DNA from: a virus
Taxonomy: Duplodnaviria > Caudoviricetes
Reading direction: 5' to 3' (one strand)
IMG/VR virus record: IMGVR_UViG_3300026522_000030
Location: 4,990 to 68,989 of that record
Length of the DNA stretch: 64,000 nt
Part shown: one piece after another, positions 47,990 through 56,757 of the stretch
Layout: every line of letters starts with the position of its first letter
Position numbering within the stretch: position 1 is the stretch's first letter
Program-made: the position numbers and the translations under genes
The notes under the pieces: model-generated
The model's input: the letters and a program-made list of their open reading frames with translations, nothing else
What the model was told of the DNA's origin: nothing
The model's database searches: none

Positions 47990-48853
47990 ATGGCTTTTAC
48001 AAACTCATCTTTGGTATCTTATACTCAAATATCGCCAAATAGAAACTCGCCAAGAAATCAGTCCATTACTAAAATCACAATACATCATATGGCAGGTATT
48101 ATGTCTGTAGAACAGTTTGGCAATCTTGTGGCAAACCCTGCAAGGCAAATGTCTGCTAACTATGCTATTGGCAATGATGGCCGTATAGGTTTGTTTTGCC
48201 CAGAGGGTGATAGATCGTGGTGTAGTTCAAGCCCGTGGAATGATAATCGTTCAATAACCATAGAAGTCTCCAACGATGTTTACGGCGAGCCATGGTCTAT
48301 TTCTAATAAGGCTTATGAGTCGCTAATTAAACTTTGTGTAGACATTTGCAAGAGGAACGACATAAAAAAGCTTGAATTTACTGGTGATAAAAATGGCTCG
48401 CTTACATATCACTATATGTTTTCACCAACAGCGTGTCCGGGAACGTGGATAAAAAAACATACGCAAGAAATATGTAATAAGGTTAATGCGCAACTTGCAG
48501 AACCTACAGGTTTGTATACAAAAACTCTTACAAGTGGCACTCCGATATATTCGGAAATTGGGAAGCCCGCAACTGGCAAAATCACTGTAGCTACCAAATA
48601 TACAATAGCGGAGGAAAAGATAGTAAATTATGTCAAGTACGGCAAACTCAAATCTGGCGCAGGTTGGGTTGAGATTGAGAAACTAAAAAGGACATTTAAC
48701 ATAAATAATTCAGGCGATGTAAAAGAGCTTCAAAACGCTCTTAATGCAAAAGGGTTCAATTGTGGCAGTGCGGACGGTGTTATGGGATTGCACACTCAGA
48801 ATGCTATGTTTCAGGCTCTTTGTGAAATGTGGTTGCAGAATGGGGTGAAGTGA
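47990..48853 (+). CDS. endolysin: N-acetylmuramoyl-L-alanine amidase (Amidase_2) with C-terminal peptidoglycan-binding domain
   Basis: 'TIHHMAG', 'SANYAI', 'ITIEV', 'H..F..TACPG'; 'DVKELQNALN..G..DGVMG'. Confidence 0.9.
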   Translation: MAFTNSSLVSYTQISPNRNSPRNQSITKITIHHMAGIMSVEQFGNLVANPARQMSANYAIGNDGRIGLFCPEGDRSWCSSSPWNDNRSITIEVSNDVYGEPWSISNKAYESLIKLCVDICKRNDIKKLEFTGDKNGSLTYHYMFSPTACPGTWIKKHTQEICNKVNAQLAEPTGLYTKTLTSGTPIYSEIGKPATGKITVATKYTIAEEKIVNYVKYGKLKSGAGWVEIEKLKRTFNINNSGDVKELQNALNAKGFNCGSADGVMGLHTQNAMFQALCEMWLQNGVK

Positions 48854-49209
48854 TGGCTGTGTCAGATAAGGATTTTTATGAATTAAAGGCAGATGTACAC
48901 TCTAACGCGCAGACAATTAACAATTTGCAGTCAAGGGTGAGCGATATTGAAAAGAAGCAAGAAATGCTTTACGAAATGAATAGTAATATCGCACTTATCG
49001 CACAGTCTCTTAAACAAGTTGAGGATGACGTTGGAGAAGTGAAAGAAAATCAGAAGGAACTCAGTAATAAGGTATCTACCTTAGAAAACGCTCCAGCAAA
49101 GGAAACTTTGGATAATATTAAGAAAATAAAAATAGCTGCCATTACAGCGGTTACAACAATGATAGCCACAGGCGTAGCAGGTGCGATAATCGTAGCTTTG
49201 GCTAAATAA
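48853..49209 (+). CDS. coiled-coil protein with C-terminal TM helix (XhlA/holin-like)
   Basis: heptad pattern then 'IAAITAVTTMIATGVAGAIIVALAK'. Confidence 0.6.
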   Translation: MAVSDKDFYELKADVHSNAQTINNLQSRVSDIEKKQEMLYEMNSNIALIAQSLKQVEDDVGEVKENQKELSNKVSTLENAPAKETLDNIKKIKIAAITAVTTMIATGVAGAIIVALAK

Positions 49210-49213
49210 TTTA

Positions 49214-49262
49214 AAGGGTATGTATTAGGTCTTAATTGACTTAGTACATACCCTTATTTTTT
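49214..49262. terminator. bidirectional terminator between convergent modules
   Basis: AAGGGTATGTA/TACATACCCTT long stem with flanking A/T tracts. Confidence 0.8.
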
Positions 49263-49771
49263 TACCTCGTGGTGCTGCCTATGCCGCCATTTCTTATGCC
49301 TTCTGTTTCATCATCTACAGTTTTGAAAAACTGCTGAATAATGCCTTGACACATAGCCTCACCTTGCTTAATAGTGATTGTTTTACCATCTGGGCTGTCA
49401 TTGTAGAACTTTGCCCATATATGACCTTCGTTATCAGAATTGCTATAGTCTGCGTCTATCACGCCGACCGAGTTCCATAACTGCATCTTGTACTTGAATG
49501 CAAGCCCTGACCTCGGATATATTGCAAGGAACTTGTCATCATCAAGAATAACTCTTATGCCAGTGGGGACTTTGACTGTGCCTTTAGGCGGAATAGTAAT
49601 ATTGTATGGAGCGAAGAAATCATGACCTGCCGAGCCTGTTGTTGCTCTCTTAGGCAGCTTTATCATATTATATATCGCTCTGCCATCTCTTGTGTCTAAA
49701 CACTCGTCACTAAGATATTCAGCAAAGTCGGTAAAAAATTGTCTTTCGCTTATCTTCTCAAACTTATTCAT
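49262..49771 (-). CDS. dut: trimeric dUTPase
   Basis: AGHDF, PRSG, GVIDADY, QGI and RNGGIGST motifs. Confidence 0.95.
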   Translation of the reverse strand: MNKFEKISERQFFTDFAEYLSDECLDTRDGRAIYNMIKLPKRATTGSAGHDFFAPYNITIPPKGTVKVPTGIRVILDDDKFLAIYPRSGLAFKYKMQLWNSVGVIDADYSNSDNEGHIWAKFYNDSPDGKTITIKQGEAMCQGIIQQFFKTVDDETEGIRNGGIGSTTR

Positions 49772-50048
49772 TGCTAATCATTCCTCTCTGGTCTATTGAC
49801 TTCCACCAATGATATGAGCCGTTGGGTTCTTTTATTACTACGCCTTTAAACATACAGCACTCATATCCCTTGTACTGCGGTGACTTATCCTCTACAATAA
49901 AGGTGTTTGTCTTTGCTATGTCATCATAGAACGTAATATCATCATGTCTGCACTCAATCTTTTCGTGGCAGATATTTACATTGCCGTAACGCACTGAGCC
50001 TTCGGGATCTGAGGTATTGGGTAAAATATCAGGGTGAAACATCATCAT
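49764..50048 (-). CDS. hypothetical protein
   Basis: coupled ORF. Confidence 0.6.
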   Translation of the reverse strand: MMMFHPDILPNTSDPEGSVRYGNVNICHEKIECRHDDITFYDDIAKTNTFIVEDKSPQYKGYECCMFKGVVIKEPNGSYHWWKSIDQRGMISNE

Positions 50049-50625
50049 TTTCGTTCTCCTTTAGTAAGGTTTCTATCATGTGTATCTTTTCGAGAATACT
50101 ACACCAATCAAACGCCCTTGTTGTACACGGTGTCTTATCTACATTGTCTCCCCTATTCCACGGATAGTCAAGAACTATCCCATAGTATTTCTTTTCGGGG
50201 TGAGTAATATGGTCTGCACAGTCATCAACGAGAATATCTACGTTTAGCAGATATTTGTCTCGAATATTGATAGTATGTTTCTCAACATACCCTTCGGGCA
50301 AATGTAGATTGCGTGATAAGTGGTTTATCTTCTTTCTTAGGTTTTGCGGTAATGACGATGTAGCAAAGAAAATCTCATGACCTTCGCCATAAAGTTGGTC
50401 TATTACTTCAGGACATAAAGGCAGAACTTTTACGCCCTTCCACATAGTCGAATCGCGGAATCCAGATTCAACAATCCATTGGTACTGTTCTGGCAAAGCC
50501 GCCTCTATACTATATGTGGTTATATCTTCCATTTTGAGATTTACAGGCAACCTCTCGTTGATATACTCCACAAGTCTCTCTGTTGTATTTATACAAACGC
50601 AATCCAAATCGAAAGCGATACGCAT
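50029..50625 (-). CDS. 5'(3')-deoxyribonucleotidase (HAD superfamily)
   Basis: 'FDLDCV', 'FATS', 'DILVDD' and 'YPWN'. Confidence 0.85.
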   Translation of the reverse strand: MRIAFDLDCVCINTTERLVEYINERLPVNLKMEDITTYSIEAALPEQYQWIVESGFRDSTMWKGVKVLPLCPEVIDQLYGEGHEIFFATSSLPQNLRKKINHLSRNLHLPEGYVEKHTINIRDKYLLNVDILVDDCADHITHPEKKYYGIVLDYPWNRGDNVDKTPCTTRAFDWCSILEKIHMIETLLKENENDDVSP

Positions 50626-50877
50626 TTAATCACCCCACCACGGAAATAGTGTTTCAAATAAATCCTTGCCAACATCTGAGTTGCGCTTTATGCCAAGACA
50701 AAGCGTGTCGTTGTACTTCTTGTTAAACTCGTCAAGCGCGGTCTTAATCTTCTGCAAGTCACCCTCACGTTCCGCCCTTTCCTTCTTCTTCGCCTCTTCG
50801 CGCTCAAGACGTTCTTTGTCTCTAAGGGCGGTGAGTTCCTGTTCAAGTCTCTTAATCTGTTCTGCTGTTGTTTCCAT
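50626..50877 (-). CDS. hypothetical coiled-coil protein
   Basis: ATG 50877 after AGGAG. Confidence 0.65.
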   Translation of the reverse strand: METTAEQIKRLEQELTALRDKERLEREEAKKKERAEREGDLQKIKTALDEFNKKYNDTLCLGIKRNSDVGKDLFETLFPWWGD

Positions 50878-50890
50878 TTTAACTCTCCTT

Positions 50891-51088
50891 TTATTTAATA
50901 TATTTATATAAGTCCATAGGATTGCTGGACTTCTTTGCTGTTTTCTTCTTGCCTTTATAGAGGTAATATTCACGGCGGAGAGTGTCGCTCACTATATAAT
51001 AAGTAGTTCCACTCTCGCCAATAACAGTCACCCATAAAAGCATGGTTTCATCATACGGAAACACGTTGCAAATGGTTGAATCAAGCAT
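50891..51088 (-). CDS. hypothetical protein
   Basis: coupled ORF. Confidence 0.55.
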   Translation of the reverse strand: MLDSTICNVFPYDETMLLWVTVIGESGTTYYIVSDTLRREYYLYKGKKKTAKKSSNPMDLYKYIK

Positions 51089-51338
51089 TGTTGTCGCGCT
51101 CCCACTCGTCCATAAGCTGCCGATCTCGCCAAATTTCGTATGCGTAGTCCTCGTCTGGCTCTGGAATTTCTGCTTCTGTTTCGTAGCAACATTCCTCGCA
51201 ATAATGATTACTGCCTAATACATACACTGTATCTCCTACATATATATCTCCTCCGCAGCAGTCGCATTTGAAAGCAACCGCTGGCTCATAGTTGGGACAA
51301 GCCGAAATGCAAGGATAGTGTCTACATTCTTCGCACAT
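51081..51338 (-). CDS. Cys-rich putative zinc-binding protein
   Basis: CEEC, CDCC and CEECC motifs. Confidence 0.65.
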   Translation of the reverse strand: MCEECRHYPCISACPNYEPAVAFKCDCCGGDIYVGDTVYVLGSNHYCEECCYETEAEIPEPDEDYAYEIWRDRQLMDEWERDNNA

Positions 51339-51340
51339 AA

Positions 51341-53551
51341 TTATTCTCCTTTACTGTGAGGTGTTCTCATTTCTACTTCCTGCTGTTTGCCTTCGTTAAA
51401 GGCGGTTTTGTAATCACCTGTCAAATATCCCGTTACTCTACGCAACCTTGCAATATTCTTGCCACCACAAACGGGGCAACATTCTTCTATTGAGCCTGTA
51501 AAGCCACATTCTGTACAAGTGTCATTGGGTACATTAATGGCGAAGTAAGGAATATCCTTGCTCATCGCATAAGTTACTACCTTTTCGAGAGCTTGTGGGT
51601 TGTCAACTGCATATCCGTCGTTTTCTATATAGGTGATACAACCTGCTGAAGAATAGCCAGTAAGCTGTGCTTCAATGTCAATCTTCTCTTTCATGGTGCA
51701 TTTATACCATACAGGAACGTGAATAGAGTTTGTGAAAAACTTATTCTCGGAAACATTTGAGATAACACCATATTTATTCTTAAACTTGGTCATTGCCGTA
51801 AAACATAGATTCTCGGCAGGTGTGTAATATACTCCAAAATTAAGTTTATAATTTTGCTTAAATTCAGCACATCTGTCCTTGAATAGTTGCTCAATTCTCT
51901 TAGCAAGTTCCATTCCCTTTTCTGTGGTGTGGTCACAACCTATGAGAATCTGAAGTGTCTCAGCTAAACCTATCTGTCCTAAAGCGAGAGTTCCGTGTTT
52001 AAGGGCGGAGCGTATATCCTTGCCATCATAACCTATCATTGTACCATTCTCGTACATAAACTTTGCGCTATCTGCCGACTGCGAACAGATATACTCAAAA
52101 CGCTCTATTAGCATATCTTTAGCTTCGTGAATTTTAGTGTCAAGGATTTTGAAGAAACTATCAATATCCTTGTTGTAAACATCACCGTCAGCCATCATAG
52201 CAAGTGTCGGCATTATGATTGTTACAGGACAGATATTACCACGTCCATCTTTGGTCTGTGGGTTTACTCCTTCGTCAGCATTAATGTCATAGCCGTTTGC
52301 AGTCCTACAGCCCATTGTACTGAAATAGGTTTTAGGATCGTTGCGGTCATATCCTGCGTTGCCACTCCAATCTACATTGGCATAGTTGGGGTAAAGTCGT
52401 TTTGCGGTTGACTTAATGGCAAGTTGGTACAGGTCATAGTTTGGAGAACCTTTATCATTTATTCCCTTCATGTATTGGAATATACCACAAGGGAATATGC
52501 TTGTTCTATGAAGTTTGCCGATACCTTTAATAGAAACATCAAGCAGAGCCTTTATAACAAGTCTGCCTTCCGGCTCAGTACAAGTTCCATAATTAATACT
52601 ACTAAATGGTAACTGGTTTCCTGACCTGCTTTGGAGTGTATTTAAATTGTGATACATACCTTCAACCGCTTGATATGTCTCTTTGGTAGTCATCTCTATT
52701 GCATACTGATAAGCTTTGGAATATTCTTTATATCTTTTATCTTCAATTGAAACATCTCTTATGTTTTCGGTAGGAGTAAATACATCTTCCTTTTCTATAT
52801 ATTTCATACCATCGCAGAAATGCTTGTAAAAACTGAGTCTTACATAAGGCATCATAGACCAGTCTAAATGAGTTGCAGAAACGCCACCAAACTGCTGTAA
52901 GGATTGAATTTGGAAGATGACCGCCACTAACTGAAACGCTGTGTTTACCGATTTTGCAGGTCTGACATCACACTGTCTTGTGTTAAATCCCTCTGCGAGA
53001 AGCTTATCTATTGGACAAGAAAGGCAATTGTGGTCGCCCACAGCATAATGATCTAAGTCGTGTACATAAATCATATTGCCTTCGTGATTCTCTTTTGCCA
53101 TAGCAGACATAAGATAATTCAAGGCATAATACTTGGCAACTGCCGAAGCCATACTGCCTATTCTGCCACCAAAAGACCTTTCGTCTACATTGGCATTTTG
53201 ATTTTCAACGTTCTTAGCCCCAAGCTTTGAAGCGACTTCACTCATCAACATTTCATAATCGTTGCGAGCAAGTTTACGCCTGTAACGATAGGTAATATAT
53301 GCTTTAGCTGCATAAAAATCGTGCTCTGATATTGTTTGTTCAACCAAATCCTGTATTGTTTCAACGTGGATAGCATCAGTAAACAGATTAATCGCCTCTA
53401 TAACTTCATTGGTTATCTCGGAAATCTCATCTTCCTTTTCTGCATCAAGTTCTTTATATACGTCGAGGTAAGCACCAGATATAGCTGAGTATATTTTATT
53501 TTCATCAAACTCAGTTATTGTTCCATCGCGCTTGCAGACTTCAGTTATCAT
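51341..53551 (-). CDS. nrdD: class III anaerobic ribonucleoside-triphosphate reductase
   Basis: N-terminal ATP cone 'KRDG'; 'HDLD..NC', 'MGCR', 'TPAE', 'FTNS'; Zn site CTEC..CPVC; glycyl radical loop 'RRVTGYL'. Confidence 0.95.
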   Translation of the reverse strand: MITEVCKRDGTITEFDENKIYSAISGAYLDVYKELDAEKEDEISEITNEVIEAINLFTDAIHVETIQDLVEQTISEHDFYAAKAYITYRYRRKLARNDYEMLMSEVASKLGAKNVENQNANVDERSFGGRIGSMASAVAKYYALNYLMSAMAKENHEGNMIYVHDLDHYAVGDHNCLSCPIDKLLAEGFNTRQCDVRPAKSVNTAFQLVAVIFQIQSLQQFGGVSATHLDWSMMPYVRLSFYKHFCDGMKYIEKEDVFTPTENIRDVSIEDKRYKEYSKAYQYAIEMTTKETYQAVEGMYHNLNTLQSRSGNQLPFSSINYGTCTEPEGRLVIKALLDVSIKGIGKLHRTSIFPCGIFQYMKGINDKGSPNYDLYQLAIKSTAKRLYPNYANVDWSGNAGYDRNDPKTYFSTMGCRTANGYDINADEGVNPQTKDGRGNICPVTIIMPTLAMMADGDVYNKDIDSFFKILDTKIHEAKDMLIERFEYICSQSADSAKFMYENGTMIGYDGKDIRSALKHGTLALGQIGLAETLQILIGCDHTTEKGMELAKRIEQLFKDRCAEFKQNYKLNFGVYYTPAENLCFTAMTKFKNKYGVISNVSENKFFTNSIHVPVWYKCTMKEKIDIEAQLTGYSSAGCITYIENDGYAVDNPQALEKVVTYAMSKDIPYFAINVPNDTCTECGFTGSIEECCPVCGGKNIARLRRVTGYLTGDYKTAFNEGKQQEVEMRTPHSKGE

Positions 53552-53555
53552 TCTA

Positions 53556-53765
53556 TCACCCTTTCTTTAACTTCTTCATAGCTTTCTTTGCTGCAATCAA
53601 CTCTCCGTCTATCTCAACTACGGGCAGAGACTTCACTCTATGTGATCCTACCCACTCTGTTCCGACTCTCTCAACCTCGTATGAAATATCTCTTTCATCC
53701 AAGAAATTTAAGAGTTCAACGGCTTTACTGTTTATGACTTCGCTCATATAGACTTTAACGTTCAT
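53556..53765 (-). CDS. glutaredoxin/NrdH-fold protein lacking CxxC
   Basis: 'FLDERDISYE' and 'SLPVVEIDG' cis-Pro motif; no Cys in the probable mature ORF. Confidence 0.55.
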   Translation of the reverse strand: MNVKVYMSEVINSKAVELLNFLDERDISYEVERVGTEWVGSHRVKSLPVVEIDGELIAAKKAMKKLKKG

Positions 53766-53849
53766 ACTTACCTCCCACACGAGCGCAAGCCCAAAACATA
53801 AAAGCATTTGCAATAATAACGCTACCTAATATAATCTTAATCATTGTTT

Positions 53850-54401
53850 TCACCCTCTGTAATTTCTGAATAACATATCTATGAACTCAACATTTTCATT
53901 GAGTTTATCTTGTGTAGAATTGTCACATACAAAGTCTACATACTCCTTTGCATCTTTAAAGGCTTCTACATCATGCTGCAATCGCTTTAGTATATCTTCG
54001 TCTTTATCTCCACGTTTCGACATTCTCTCAGCTACTATGGAACTATCTACGTCCAAGTAAATGCTGAGAATTGGTCTATCATGGTAATTACGATATAAGT
54101 CTTTTAGCCCCTTAACGTCAACTACATACAAATCACAAGTGTCGAGCTGATTCTTGGTGCAGAAATAGAAACTGCCAGCAAACCATGTTGAACAAACTAT
54201 CTGTCCTTGCTCTGAGAAAAACATAGCCTCTTTCACATCACAAAATGTATGAGACAAAAGATCTGCATCGTCGTTCTCTCTTGGGAGTCTGGTCGTATAA
54301 GACTTCAAAGGGATATACCCAAAGCATTTATGGAGCTTATTGACCAAAGTAGTTTTACCTGCCCCAGAGGGTGAAATTATAGCAATTAATGGTTTACTCA
54401 T
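53850..54401 (-). CDS. gmk: guanylate kinase
   Basis: P-loop 'SPSGAGKT', 'SYTTRLPREND' and 'ERMSKRG'. Confidence 0.85.
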   Translation of the reverse strand: MSKPLIAIISPSGAGKTTLVNKLHKCFGYIPLKSYTTRLPRENDDADLLSHTFCDVKEAMFFSEQGQIVCSTWFAGSFYFCTKNQLDTCDLYVVDVKGLKDLYRNYHDRPILSIYLDVDSSIVAERMSKRGDKDEDILKRLQHDVEAFKDAKEYVDFVCDNSTQDKLNENVEFIDMLFRNYRG

Positions 54402-55068
54402 CGTTTTCACCTGTAATTAATTCTGAGTAGGGTAATGTCTTTATCCAATTACAAAAATCTACACTCCACTCGTCGAGTTTATGATTATTTCGTCCGTGAT
54501 ACATATTTCTCAGCACGGCGTAATTTATCTGTACTGTTGCTTTTTGATTATAAGAACTCGGCAAGAACTGGATCATGCTATACCAATAACGCTTATCTTT
54601 GGTTTCAAGATATTTACTACGAGCATAATTAAGTCTGCCTAAAGAATAGTCAATCGTGGCTACATCATCAAGAACATTCTCATATGAAAAATCGTCTTTT
54701 GTAAATTCTTTCGCATGGATTTTGTGCATAGTGGAACAACTATTTCTTACCGTACCAACCTTATAAGTGTCAAATTCTTTCCACCAATATAGTGGGGCTG
54801 TAATGTCACAAGTCACAGTTATCATACGCATAAACTTGCTGTGATCTGAGCCAGCCTTTACAAGTCGCCTCATAAGGTCTAAATCTTTTTCGCCTATTTT
54901 ATATTCGCCCGTATTGCCACACCAATTATAGTCAAAGTTACAGTTTTCACAGAGTTGGTCTACGCAGCCATATCCACTATCGCTCTGTTCCCAACTATTC
55001 ATAGGGTTTCTCATTCCGCGTATTGCAGATACCCAACCATCTACATGAGTACATTCTATTTTAATCAT
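54394..55068 (-). CDS. divergent ThyX-like (flavin-dependent thymidylate synthase fold) protein
   Basis: 'H.KFMR', 'DITAPLYWWKEFDTY' and 'LPSSYNQ..INY..LRN' follow ThyX layout, but RHRx7S is not intact. Confidence 0.55.
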   Translation of the reverse strand: MIKIECTHVDGWVSAIRGMRNPMNSWEQSDSGYGCVDQLCENCNFDYNWCGNTGEYKIGEKDLDLMRRLVKAGSDHSKFMRMITVTCDITAPLYWWKEFDTYKVGTVRNSCSTMHKIHAKEFTKDDFSYENVLDDVATIDYSLGRLNYARSKYLETKDKRYWYSMIQFLPSSYNQKATVQINYAVLRNMYHGRNNHKLDEWSVDFCNWIKTLPYSELITGENDE

Positions 55069-55070
55069 AT

Positions 55071-55313
55071 TTATTCTTTCACCTCAAATCCAGAGAAAGC
55101 AAACTTTATCCTATCTTCGTTTTCTGCGTCAAAGCGCAATTCTATCGGCTGGGATATGTCGAGGCTTAAAAGTCCCATTAAAGATTTAGCATCCACTCTC
55201 CATCTTTCTGAAACTGCGTCAACGTAAAAAGGTAACGACATTGCTATATTCGTAAGCCTCTTTACCTTGTTTATGTCATCTATTAAAACTATCATCGTTC
55301 TTTCGTTCTTCAT
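55071..55313 (-). CDS. HPr-like protein (no active-site His)
   Basis: 80 aa; 'VDAKSLMGLLSL' HPr Ser46 signature. Confidence 0.8.
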   Translation of the reverse strand: MKNERTMIVLIDDINKVKRLTNIAMSLPFYVDAVSERWRVDAKSLMGLLSLDISQPIELRFDAENEDRIKFAFSGFEVKE

Positions 55314-55483
55314 ACGTTTACCTCTTTTATATAATTGGGGTTTTCACCAAATATCATTCTCTTTTCATCTTCTGTTAGCTGTCTTGTCTTGACAGGCTGC
55401 TCCATATTCTTTGCGTTCATTTTTGCAATATCTGAGTTTAGCTCAGCATAAAAGTGAGCCATGTAATTAGCTGGTGTTGTCAT
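55310..55483 (-). CDS. 57-aa hypothetical protein (not in ORF track)
   Basis: ATG after AAAGGAG; MTTPANYMAHF...; stop overlaps the HPr-like ATG. Confidence 0.55.
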   Translation of the reverse strand: MTTPANYMAHFYAELNSDIAKMNAKNMEQPVKTRQLTEDEKRMIFGENPNYIKEVNV

Positions 55484-55497
55484 TCATTTTTTCTCCT

Positions 55498-56172
55498 TTA
55501 CTGGTAATAAAAATAATTGTGTTTGCCGTCCCCACTCCAACTGTTGATAGAACCGCAGTTGTATGTGCCATTAAAATAAGCGTAGATTGCGTTATCTATT
55601 GGCTCATATCCTATTCCGCTATAATCAATCCTGTAATACGGAACATCAAACATCTGATACGGCTGATGAACCACGCCGTCTATTGTATTAGGAAATCTTG
55701 AATCGGCAAGTCTATTCATGATGCAAGCTACAATGCAAGTTCTTTCATATTCGCTAATCCATGATGAACCTGCCTCATGTGAAATAACATTTGCGATTAG
55801 AGCAAACTCTTGATCTGTTATAGGCAACTCTGTAGACACACAAACCGGCTCAGTAGCGATTTCTACATTAGTCGAAGCTGTACTCTGTGGCACAGTCGTC
55901 ATCTGTGTTGTCGTACTGGTCGAAGTTGTCTCCACTGTAGTAGTTGTCGTTGTCTTTGTGCTTGTAGATGATGTTATTGATGTCGTGGCAGTAGACATCG
56001 TGGTACAAGTCGTACTCACCTCAGTCATGGCTATGGGCTGAATTTCTATTGTTTCTGTGTCCTTACTGCTGTGACAGCCCGTTTCACAAAACAGCAAGAA
56101 TAAAATTGCAAATACTGCTCCTCCTCTTGCGAGGAGACTTCGGTAACGAGAAGAAATACGTTTCTTCATCAT
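55498..56172 (-). CDS. SleB/CwlJ-family cell wall hydrolase with membrane anchor and Thr-rich stalk
   Basis: 'LIANVISHEAG', 'IMNRLADSRFPNTIDGVVHQ'; hydrophobic N-terminal helix ending 'CETGC'; poly-T/S linker. Confidence 0.8.
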   Translation of the reverse strand: MMKKRISSRYRSLLARGGAVFAILFLLFCETGCHSSKDTETIEIQPIAMTEVSTTCTTMSTATTSITSSTSTKTTTTTTVETTSTSTTTQMTTVPQSTASTNVEIATEPVCVSTELPITDQEFALIANVISHEAGSSWISEYERTCIVACIMNRLADSRFPNTIDGVVHQPYQMFDVPYYRIDYSGIGYEPIDNAIYAYFNGTYNCGSINSWSGDGKHNYFYYQ

Positions 56173-56277
56173 TTGTCGCCTTCCTTTCATTTGTTCCAAG
56201 TGTTACGAGGGAGTGTAACACTAATTTGTTTCTTTGCCAAGATATGACAAATCGGTAGTCTCTCTACCTGTAATTAT

Positions 56278-56306
56278 ATTATACACCTAATTTCTTTATT
56301 TGTCAA
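56278..56306 (-). promoter_or_regulatory. sigmaA promoter with A/T-tract UP element
   Basis: minus strand TTGACA-N17-TATAAT. Confidence 0.85.
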
Positions 56307-56325
56307 GAGTTTTTTAAAAATTTCT

Positions 56326-56757
56326 TCAAAAAATTTTTACGTCTGCCTGAGCATAATCTTTGCAGATAAATACCTTTGCAAAATCGCTACTTTCATAATC
56401 TTTAATGGCTATGACAAGAGCATCTCCTGCGATAATACCAATATCTCCATCTTCTTCCATTTGCTTTATTGCGTCCTTCGCCCACTGAGTAAGGTCTGCA
56501 TCATCACGCCTTGTCTTGTACTGAAAAAAGTCAATGGGATATTCTATGTTTTCAGGTGCCGCATCTGAATCATCGAGCCATATTCTTTTGCCACAACAGG
56601 GGCAGCGAATATATTCGTTCACTTTCATCATATTTTTATCGGATAGAATCGACTCGCAAACATCATCTTCCCCATAAGTGAATATAGATTCACAATAACA
56701 GCACTCCATACGCGTTTCATCCGAGTCTTTTATGCAGCGATTTTCAATTATTTTCAT
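56326..56757 (-). CDS. hypothetical zinc-ribbon protein
   Basis: CCYC..CPCC. Confidence 0.65.
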   Translation of the reverse strand: MKIIENRCIKDSDETRMECCYCESIFTYGEDDVCESILSDKNMMKVNEYIRCPCCGKRIWLDDSDAAPENIEYPIDFFQYKTRRDDADLTQWAKDAIKQMEEDGDIGIIAGDALVIAIKDYESSDFAKVFICKDYAQADVKIF

